55,665 nt of DNA, taken from an uncultured Bacilli bacterium (GTDB lineage: Bacteria; Bacillota_I; Bacilli_A; RF39; UBA660). The stretch's first letter is position 1, and every line of letters begins with the position of its first letter. This document shows positions 48,612 to 55,665 of the stretch, piece after piece. The position numbers and the translations under genes were made by a program. The stretch is taken from NCBI GenBank assembly GCA_934090595.1, contig CAKOJO010000001.1, positions 1 through 55,665 on the forward strand, in the 5' to 3' direction. The notes under the pieces are model-generated. The model worked only from the letters and a program-made list of their open reading frames with translations. It searched no databases and was not told where the DNA came from.

Positions 48612-49108
48612 TTTTTTAATATTTCATAATCGTCAATTTTTCTTAGTTTAAATGATTTGTATTGAGTGAATTTTAGTAGTTTATATATTAAGTTCATAGG
48701 TTTTTTTAAGAATAATTCATTGTAATTTATTACGTTTGCATTGTAGTAATCTTTTAAACCTTCGATGTTGTCATCAATTTCATTTAGTTTTATTATTTCT
48801 TTTTTAAATTTTTTATTTTTTTTAGGATTTTCTAACAAGTATTTGTTAATATCCCATCTTATGTTAAATAGATTGTCTTCTTTTTCATGAATTGTTTCTT
48901 CTTCATTATATGTGAATTTGTTTAATTCTTCATCATTTATATCTTTTATTACTTTTTTAATTATTTCGTTTTTTTCTTTTAAATGGTTTTCTAAGTTGTC
49001 TTCGCAAGTTATTATTGCATTTTCAAGGTCTTCTAATTTTTTATATTTTATAAACACTATTGCTAGTAATGCTAGTATAATTGTTATTATAATAATTATA
49101 TATATCAT
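48608..49108 (-). CDS. LemA-family membrane-anchored protein (divergent)
   Basis: N-terminal TM. The C-terminal DYYNANVINYNELFLKKPMNLIYKLLKF resembles the LemA C-terminal signature (YN..V..YN....FP.N). Its stop overlaps the ung stop. Confidence 0.5.
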   Translation of the reverse strand: MIYIIIIITIILALLAIVFIKYKKLEDLENAIITCEDNLENHLKEKNEIIKKVIKDINDEELNKFTYNEEETIHEKEDNLFNIRWDINKYLLENPKKNKKFKKEIIKLNEIDDNIEGLKDYYNANVINYNELFLKKPMNLIYKLLKFTQYKSFKLRKIDDYEILKN

Positions 49109-49167
49109 TTTATCACCAATCCTATAAAAAGATTATATCATATTTTTTAGTATTATTTACATTAATT

Positions 49168-49198
49168 TTAAAAAGAAACTGTATTTGTAGTTTCTTTA
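49168..49198 (-). terminator. Hairpin terminator downstream of gerQ
   Basis: AAAGAAACT-GTATTTGT-AGTTTCTTT with A/T runs on both sides. Confidence 0.55.
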
Positions 49199-49206
49199 GT
49201 TTTTAA

Positions 49207-49536
49207 TTAGATTACTTTGTAGTTTATTTCTTCATCAAATACAATGAAATCAACGTATATTGATAGAAGTAAATACCATTTGCCAGTTTTTGGATCACTT
49301 ATTACAACATGATCTCTTGCTGCTTGTTCTACGACTCCGGTGAATATTCTATCTCTATATTCATTTGAATCTGGAAAAGTCATATAGATGCTTGCAACTT
49401 TTCCTTTATTTAATCTTAAGATGTTTTCTACATAAGATTGTTCCATTGGAAGATCTTCACTTATTCCTGTTGGAATTGTGTTTAGATTTTGATTTGGGTT
49501 GGTATTAAAACCAGGATTATAATAACTATTATTCAT
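49207..49536 (-). CDS. gerQ: Spore coat protein GerQ
   Basis: EQSYVENILRLNKGKVASIYMTF....EYRDRIFTGVVEQAARDHVVISDPKTGKWYLLLSIYVDFIVFDEEINY follows the GerQ/YwdL family pattern, with an Asn/Pro/Gln-rich N-terminus. Confidence 0.78.
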   Translation of the reverse strand: MNNSYYNPGFNTNPNQNLNTIPTGISEDLPMEQSYVENILRLNKGKVASIYMTFPDSNEYRDRIFTGVVEQAARDHVVISDPKTGKWYLLLSIYVDFIVFDEEINYKVI

Positions 49537-49621
49537 TTTATCACCACTTAATTGTATGTTTTATTTTTTTATATAGTACTTTATTTTTATTTATGTTATA
49601 CTTATTATAGAGGTGTTATGT

Positions 49622-50686
49622 ATGGCTTACAGTATAAGTGAAATTCAAAAAAAATTATCTTATTTTAAGGAATTGTTTGATCCTGAAAAGAGTACATATC
49701 CTATCATTAGAGATATTGCAGATAATAAGTATACACCAGAGGAAGCATTGGATAAGTTGCTTACTATTGATAATATGTATGAAATGCCTAAGAATGTTCA
49801 GGATTATTATGATACTATTTTGAATGATTTAAAAAATTTAGTTGATGATAGAAAAAAAGTGAGATTACGTGAAGAGTTATTAAAACAGGCTTCTATGAAT
49901 ATTGAAAGTAATTTACATGATAGAAAGATTGATTTAAATGCTAATACTTTAGAACAACATGAAGAAAATGATACACAAGCAAAGCAACAGGCTTATATAA
50001 ACAATTTGAGTAGTGAAAACAATAAACTTGATAATGTTAATCAATCTTTAAAAAAAGAAAAGGAAGTTGGTCAAGAATTCGGTGATAAATTTGTTCAATC
50101 TACTCTTACTTATGGAGATCAATTAGAGAAAATTAATGAAGAAGCTTTGAATAATGTTAAAAGAGTTGTAAATCCTTCAGTTGCAGACCTTAGAAATTAT
50201 GTTAATTTTTATAAAAGTAATCAAAGAGATGATCAAACTTTTAATATTAGAATAAATGGTAGTCCTTCACAACGTTCTATTGAATTATTTTATAAGGGAT
50301 ATAATGTTAGTGAAAAGATTCCTAAGGTCGTTTTTGAATATACTAGTGAAGAAGCTTTTGATAGCAAGACTATTTATGAAATTGTTATGCTTTATGCAAA
50401 TGATGCTGAAACATTGTCTTCTACTAATGAAAATAATAAGTATGTAAATGTGTCTTCTAACGGTGATACTTTAGAAATTAATGATATGCCGGTTGAATTT
50501 ACTGATAATGTTGATAAAAATATAAATGAGATGCAAAAGGATGATCAATTTTTATATGATAAAAAAAATGTAAAGAAGTTGGTTAGAAAATTGGATGATG
50601 TTGCTTCTGCAGAAATGTTAAAAATATTTGTTTTGATTGTTATTATATTTGTTATTCTGGTAGTGTTTTTATTAATTAGGAGATGA
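49622..50686 (+). CDS. Hypothetical tail-anchored membrane protein (354 aa)
   Basis: ORF 49613..50686; ATG 49622 after AGAGG. No signal peptide. A single C-terminal TM (IFVLIVIIFVILVVFLLI) followed by RR. Asn/Glu/Lys-rich helical N-terminal half. No family recognised. Confidence 0.55.
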   Translation: MAYSISEIQKKLSYFKELFDPEKSTYPIIRDIADNKYTPEEALDKLLTIDNMYEMPKNVQDYYDTILNDLKNLVDDRKKVRLREELLKQASMNIESNLHDRKIDLNANTLEQHEENDTQAKQQAYINNLSSENNKLDNVNQSLKKEKEVGQEFGDKFVQSTLTYGDQLEKINEEALNNVKRVVNPSVADLRNYVNFYKSNQRDDQTFNIRINGSPSQRSIELFYKGYNVSEKIPKVVFEYTSEEAFDSKTIYEIVMLYANDAETLSSTNENNKYVNVSSNGDTLEINDMPVEFTDNVDKNINEMQKDDQFLYDKKNVKKLVRKLDDVASAEMLKIFVLIVIIFVILVVFLLIRR

Positions 50687-50690
50687 TATT

Positions 50691-51257
50691 TTGAAAGTTA
50701 AAGTAGGTGTTTCGAATAGACATGTTCATTTGTCAAGGTTTGATTATGAGTTGCTATTTGATACAGAAATGGAATGTGAAAGAGAACTTTCTCAAATTGG
50801 AGAGTATAAATCTAATAAAAGAGTTTGTTTAAAAACTGATAAAGGTGTTATTTGTGATGTTGCTGTTCTTGGGCCTTGTAGAGATTATACTCAAGTTGAA
50901 ATTAGTAAAACTGATGCTTACTTTTTTGGAATTTCTCCGGAGGTAAGAAGCTCTGGTGATGTTTCTCATGGTGAATATATTACAATAGTTGGAGAAAAAG
51001 GCGAAATAATTCGAGATTGTTGTATTATTGCCACACGTCATATTCATATTTCTCATGAGGACAGAGTTAAGTATGGTTTGCATGATGATTTATATGGTGT
51101 TAAGGTTGATGGGGTAAAACCTGGTATACTAGGTGATGTTCATATTAAGGAACTTGACAATGGATATTTTGAGCTTCATTTGGATAGAGATGATGCTAAT
51201 GCATTTATGCTTAAGAATGGTGATCTTGTTGAAATAATTGATAATATAAAAAACTGA
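50691..51257 (+). CDS. pduL: Phosphate propanoyl/acetyl-transferase PduL
   Basis: Duplicated PduL motifs VGVSNRHVHLS and IATRHIHIS. 188 aa, TTG start. Confidence 0.85.
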   Translation: MKVKVGVSNRHVHLSRFDYELLFDTEMECERELSQIGEYKSNKRVCLKTDKGVICDVAVLGPCRDYTQVEISKTDAYFFGISPEVRSSGDVSHGEYITIVGEKGEIIRDCCIIATRHIHISHEDRVKYGLHDDLYGVKVDGVKPGILGDVHIKELDNGYFELHLDRDDANAFMLKNGDLVEIIDNIKN

Positions 51258-51273
51258 TATTATTAATAACTTG

Positions 51274-51312
51274 AGATATTTTTGCGATAAATTGTAAAAA
51301 TATCTTTTTTTT
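51274..51312 (+). terminator. Intrinsic terminator after pduL
   Basis: AGATATTTTT ... AAAAATATCT 10-bp stem plus T7. Confidence 0.75.
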
Positions 51313-51408
51313 ACTAGTAAATATTTTAATAAGTGTAAAAATGAGTCAATAAAATAGAACAAAATAGGCAATTTATGTTATACTGGTTGTAAAGTAGGAG
51401 GTAAAACT

Positions 51409-53256
51409 ATGTTAAAAGATTTCAATCCTCATATTATGTTACAAGAAGAAAAATTAAAACAAGAGAGATTAAAAAAAATAATAGATGAGGAAAAAAACAG
51501 AAATGAACTATTGAAGAAATTATATCTGATAATTCGTGACCAAAAGTCTGAAGTGAATGAGTTAGATAAACAAATAGAAAATTTAGAAGTAAAAAACCAA
51601 AATGTAGGTGTTATTAGTAAATTTTTAAAAAGTTTTAAATTAGGAAAGGGTTACAAAACTGATTTGGAAATTCAGAAGTTAATAAGAGAAAAGCAAAAAT
51701 TAGAAAAAGAGCTAGAAAACAATCAAAATCAAGTAAAAACAATTCAAAATCAAGTAAAAGCAATTCAAAATCAAAAAGAGGTAGCAAGTGAAAAAGTTAA
51801 CAAATGTGTAAAAGAAGAAGATGAAAGACTAGTAATAACAGATGAAGATTATGTAGAAAAATTTACAGAAAAATCATATGAAGATATAGACATTGATAAA
51901 AAAGTATTAGTTCATTGTACGAATCTTTTCCCCAAAAATCATATGTTATTAACAAATTATGATGGCGATAAAATACAAGAAGAAGATTATAAATACAGAG
52001 ATGTTAATAAAAAGGTAAATATTATAAGTCACAGACATACTCTTCATTTTACTATCAACAATAGAGTACAAAATACATCGAAAGGAGAGGGTACATGGGA
52101 TGATCGTATTTATATGATTGTAGATCAACTAAAACCTATAAAAAATAAAATCGAGCATGAAAGTCCTAGTGATTCTTGGACGGGTGAGAGTATAAAACTT
52201 TCAAATGAAGCAGTAATATTAGTAAAATTACAAGAAAAGGATAGGCTGAAAAAGGAAAATCTAAATGGTTATAAAGTTTGCTATTATGATGGTGATCCTA
52301 TAAAATGCTTAAGAAATTTTTTGAAAATAAATGGATATGAAACTATTGAAACGTATGCAAATTACTCTGCTCATTCTGAGAGTGCAAGATCGTTGCAAGA
52401 AAAAACTTTGAATGAACGTGATTTTATAATAAATTATATGAAAGATAATAAATATTTGAAAAAAGATATACCTATGTTTTCAGCAAAAGAAATGGCCGTG
52501 ATTATAGATATCCTGCCTGGTTTTTCAGATCCATCATGTAGGCTTGAAGGATTAATAATTTCTGAAATTGAAAAAGATTCTAACTTTGAGTTTCAAAAAC
52601 CTGATTTATTGAGAATTGCTGACTTTATGATAAGAACAGGTGTAAAGAAAACAGAAGATGGAAAATACAAATTTGCATCAGATGAGGATGTATATAAAAT
52701 TGCAAAAGCATATACAAATACAAATGATGCTCAATTGATAACAATTGATGATGGGCAATTAAATTTAATTAAGGAAATGTATAATTTGCGTGAAGAACTT
52801 CACAAAGAATATGAAGCACGAAAACATCCTAGTTTTGAGGAAATAGCTTCTATGAAAGTAAAAGATCTATATAAGTTTGAAAATCAATTAGCATTAGAAA
52901 CCTTACAAAAAAATATCAAAATCTATAAACATACTTGGCTTAGATTAATTGCTGAAGGTTACTTAATATTAGGTATAAAATTTCGCATTACTCTTGAAGA
53001 AAATGAAGAACGAAATATAAATATTGCTCAAATAAATAATGAAAAAGGTATAAATTTTGCCAAAAAAGCCGCTGAAATACTTGCAGATGAAATAGATGGT
53101 GAGTTATTTGAAAATTTTGTATTTATTTGTTTTGATAAAGAAACAACTGCTCAAGAGATAGTAGATAAAGCAAAAATGTTATCGATGCGAAGAGATGAAA
53201 TAGTAGATGAATTAAAGGAAGAAATAGAAAAAGGAAACAGAGTTACTAAAAAATGA
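51409..53256 (+). CDS. Hypothetical 615-aa cytoplasmic protein with an N-terminal coiled coil
   Basis: Strong RBS (AGGAGG). Own extended -10-like promoter (TGTTATACT), with terminators on both sides. No signal peptide or TM. No family recognised from sequence. Confidence 0.6.
   Translation: MLKDFNPHIMLQEEKLKQERLKKIIDEEKNRNELLKKLYLIIRDQKSEVNELDKQIENLEVKNQNVGVISKFLKSFKLGKGYKTDLEIQKLIREKQKLEKELENNQNQVKTIQNQVKAIQNQKEVASEKVNKCVKEEDERLVITDEDYVEKFTEKSYEDIDIDKKVLVHCTNLFPKNHMLLTNYDGDKIQEEDYKYRDVNKKVNIISHRHTLHFTINNRVQNTSKGEGTWDDRIYMIVDQLKPIKNKIEHESPSDSWTGESIKLSNEAVILVKLQEKDRLKKENLNGYKVCYYDGDPIKCLRNFLKINGYETIETYANYSAHSESARSLQEKTLNERDFIINYMKDNKYLKKDIPMFSAKEMAVIIDILPGFSDPSCRLEGLIISEIEKDSNFEFQKPDLLRIADFMIRTGVKKTEDGKYKFASDEDVYKIAKAYTNTNDAQLITIDDGQLNLIKEMYNLREELHKEYEARKHPSFEEIASMKVKDLYKFENQLALETLQKNIKIYKHTWLRLIAEGYLILGIKFRITLEENEERNINIAQINNEKGINFAKKAAEILADEIDGELFENFVFICFDKETTAQEIVDKAKMLSMRRDEIVDELKEEIEKGNRVTKK
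51721..51776 (+). repeat. 21-bp in-frame tandem repeat (about 2.6 copies) inside the 615-aa ORF
   Basis: AATCAAAATCAAGTAAAAACA / ATTCAAAATCAAGTAAAAGCA / ATTCAAAATCAAAA..., encoding NQNQVKT-IQNQVKA-IQNQK heptads. Confidence 0.8.
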
Positions 53257-53257
53257 T

Positions 53258-53300
53258 AAAAAGATATTCTTAATATGTTTGAATTTTTAAGGATATCTTT
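53258..53300. terminator. Bidirectional hairpin terminator between convergent genes
   Basis: AAAGATATTCTTAA ... TTAAGGATATCTTT 14-bp stem (one G-T pair) with A/T runs on both sides. Confidence 0.7.
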
Positions 53301-53381
53301 TACTTTTAAAATATTTCTAAATTTTCAATTTTATTGTTCATATCTATATTCTAATAGCTAGTATTTAGAAAAAGCAGATAA

Positions 53382-53573
53382 TTATTTTTTTCTTTTTTCT
53401 CTATAGATTTCAAGGCGTTCTAGGGTTTGTTCAGTTGGATTTTCCCATTCTTCGCTAGTTATGTTTGCATCATATAGTTCGCTTTCGTTTAATAGTCCTA
53501 AATCATTCATTAAATAATATAAATATTCTTGATTGATATCAATCGCGTTTTTCTTCATTTTCTTTCTTATCAT
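53382..53573 (-). CDS. Small acidic hypothetical protein (63 aa)
   Basis: ORF 53382..53600. The internal ATG at 53573 is preceded by AAGGAG at 6-nt spacing. It overlaps the last 35 nt of the PBP gene. No family recognised. Confidence 0.45.
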   Translation of the reverse strand: MIRKKMKKNAIDINQEYLYYLMNDLGLLNESELYDANITSEEWENPTEQTLERLEIYREKRKK

Positions 53574-55494
53574 AGGTTTCTCCTTTTGGTTCTGTACCAT
53601 TTATATAGTACAATACTTTTTTGTGTTTACTGTTTTGATCTGCAGGTTCTCCAGTTATGGGATCTACTAGAACTCCGATTACTGTTTTTGGTATTTTATA
53701 CCATGTGCTTTCTTTGTCTTTTAGATATGTTTCCATGGCATATGACCATGATTTTTTATTATCTGCTACTATTTTGTTTTCTATATTTTTGTTGTCATCA
53801 TATCCGGCCCAAGATACTAGTACGTAGTCTTTTGTGTAACCTATTATCCATGAATCTGTATCAGTACTTCCACTTTTTAAAGCGTATTTTTTTGTTAGAT
53901 CTGGTATCATACTATAACAAGTTGGATAAGTGTAGTCTACTAATTCTTTGTCATATGATCCTGTTAATAGTTCGCTTATTATGAATGTGATTGCAGGATC
54001 TAGAATTTGTTCTTCTTTGTATTTTTTTTCATATAAAACATTGCCATTTATATCTTCGATTTTTTCTATGAAGTGTGGTGTTATTTTTTTGCCTTCATTT
54101 GCAAGGGTTGAGTATGCTGTTGCTAGACTTAGTGGACTGGTTTCAAATGTTCCTAGTGGAATTGATGGTAGTTCTTTTATTTGTTCTTCTATGCCTACTT
54201 TTTTAAGTGTTTCTACTAATTCGTCTTGTCCTAGGAAAAGGTGTGTTTTTACTGCGAATATGTTATCGGAGTATGCTAGTGCTGCTGCTAAGGTTATTTC
54301 TTTTCTTGCATATATATTACCATAGTTTTTTGGAGAATAAGTTTTATTATTGTCGAAGTTGAATGTTGTTTCATTACTTAAGAATTTTGTTGTTGAAGTA
54401 AATCCTTTTTCTATTGCTCTATAGTATAAGAATGGTTTTACTGTTGAACCTGGTTGTCTTTTTGCTTGTGTTGCACGATTGTATTGTGAGTAGCCATAGT
54501 CAATTCCTCCGATTAATCCTAGTACTCCGCCGGTTTTTGAGTCCATCATGACTTTTGCTGTTTGAGAGTTTTTTTCGGTTATTTTTGTATTTGATTCTTC
54601 GAGTGCTTTTTGAGCATTTGTGTCTAGTGATGTGTATATTTTTATTCCTTTTGTTTCTAAGTAGCTTTTTGGTATTTCGTTTAAGTTATATAATTCTTCC
54701 ATGGTTGCATCATAGTAATATAGTAAAGATGTTAAATTGTCTTTATTATTGTTTTTTGATATTTCTATTTTTTCATTTTTAGCTCTTTCATATTCTTCTT
54801 TTGATATGTATTTATTTTTATACATTCTTTCTAATACTAGTTCTTGTCTTGTTTTTGATTTTTCAAAGTTGTCTTTTGGTGAGTAGTTTGCTGGTGAGTT
54901 TGGTATTCCTGCGAGCATTGCTGCTTGTGCTAATGTTAAGTCTTTTACGTCTTTATCAAAGTAGTATTTGCTGGCGTTTGCTACTCCATACATTCCGTGT
55001 CCATAGTTAATAGTGTTTAAGTAACCTTCTAATATTTCATCTTTTGTATAATGGGTTTCTAGTTCAAATGTTATCCACATTTCTTTCCATTTTCTTTTCC
55101 AACTTTTTGAGAAGTCTAGAAATAGGTTTTTTGCATATTGTTGTGTTATAGTGGAAGCTCCTTGAACTATTTGTTTTTGTTTAATATTTTCTAACATGGC
55201 TTTAGTTATTCTTAGGTAGTCAAAACCTTTATGTTTATAAAAGTTTTTATCTTCAACTGATATGGTTGCTTCTTTTATATATGTTCCCATTTCATTTAGG
55301 TTTATCCATTCTTCATTACCATTTCCTTGAAATACTAGTTGTTGTTTATTATCATATAGATAGAATTTGTTTGCGCTTTTTATATCTAGTTTTGGTGTTA
55401 TAAGAGCATATATGTATCCAAATATGTTACATATTACAAAGAATAGAATAATATATATAAATATTTTTAATGTTATTTTTGCTATTTTTTTCAT
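53539..55494 (-). CDS. Class A penicillin-binding protein (GT51 glycosyltransferase plus transpeptidase)
   Basis: N-terminal TM. GT51 motifs EDKNFYKHKGFD, GASTITQQ and RKWKE. Transpeptidase motifs STVKP, YSDN and KSGST. Confidence 0.93.
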   Translation of the reverse strand: MKKIAKITLKIFIYIILFFVICNIFGYIYALITPKLDIKSANKFYLYDNKQQLVFQGNGNEEWINLNEMGTYIKEATISVEDKNFYKHKGFDYLRITKAMLENIKQKQIVQGASTITQQYAKNLFLDFSKSWKRKWKEMWITFELETHYTKDEILEGYLNTINYGHGMYGVANASKYYFDKDVKDLTLAQAAMLAGIPNSPANYSPKDNFEKSKTRQELVLERMYKNKYISKEEYERAKNEKIEISKNNNKDNLTSLLYYYDATMEELYNLNEIPKSYLETKGIKIYTSLDTNAQKALEESNTKITEKNSQTAKVMMDSKTGGVLGLIGGIDYGYSQYNRATQAKRQPGSTVKPFLYYRAIEKGFTSTTKFLSNETTFNFDNNKTYSPKNYGNIYARKEITLAAALAYSDNIFAVKTHLFLGQDELVETLKKVGIEEQIKELPSIPLGTFETSPLSLATAYSTLANEGKKITPHFIEKIEDINGNVLYEKKYKEEQILDPAITFIISELLTGSYDKELVDYTYPTCYSMIPDLTKKYALKSGSTDTDSWIIGYTKDYVLVSWAGYDDNKNIENKIVADNKKSWSYAMETYLKDKESTWYKIPKTVIGVLVDPITGEPADQNSKHKKVLYYINGTEPKGETYDKKENEEKRD

Positions 55495-55665
55495 TTTTTC
55501 ACCTATTTTCTCTTTAATAGTTTGAAAAAATCTATGAAAAATATGTACTTTTTAACAAATTAATATTATAATCTTAACGAAAAGAGGTTAGTCTGAAAAT
55601 AAAAAACAAATTTATTTTATAAAATTTACTAAAAAAGGGTAGACTTCCCCTTACCCCAAAGAAAG

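Noticed and set aside
55620-55665. A G/C-richer segment at the window edge (GGGTAGACTTCCCCTTACCCC), as a possible terminator or RNA element
   Set aside because: Only a weak 5-bp stem (GGGTA/TACCC) can be drawn, and the element is truncated by the window end. It cannot be interpreted.

Overview
This window is the replication-origin region of a very AT-rich Firmicute that carries endospore genes. All family calls come from motifs and synteny read by eye; no searches were run.

Gene content. The left edge has jag, yidC, rnpA and rpmH on the minus strand. A bipartite oriC flanks dnaA. About 46 kb of co-oriented plus-strand housekeeping and sporulation genes follow:
- dnaA, dnaN, a ComK-family gene, recF, gyrB, gyrA
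- SRP RNA, tadA, dnaX, ybaB, recR, a bofA-like gene, holB, ricT, pth, mfd, spoVT
- a Met T-box leader, metG, tatD, a 3D-domain protein, rsmA, yabG, veg, spoVG, yabP, yabQ, divIC, tilS, ftsH
- rpsF, ssb, rpsR, a DHH phosphoesterase, rplI, dnaB, an M23 peptidase, walJ-like, rlmH, an AGCS symporter, ung
- The right end holds lemA-like and gerQ (minus strand), pduL, two orphan proteins and a class A PBP (minus strand).

Most unusual signal (not protein-coding). Eight consensus parS centromere sites sit in about 1.5 kb of ORF-free DNA around ffs-tadA.
- Two perfect Noc-binding-site palindromes each lie exactly 61 bp from a parS, inside a duplicated module of about 108 bp.
- A DnaA-box-like 9-mer (TGTTAATAA), also enriched at oriC, sits 21-23 bp upstream of four parS sites.
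- Most parS cores are embedded in longer palindromes whose arms differ between copies.

Accessory insertions in the conserved backbone:
- A SipW-type signal peptidase locus with three TasA/camelysin-like paralogs and two membrane proteins.
- An orphan class B sortase.
- A thioester-domain (TQXA-type) Cna-B adhesin with a VPDTG sorting signal and its own sortase.

No rRNA, tRNA, CRISPR, transposase or integrase was seen.
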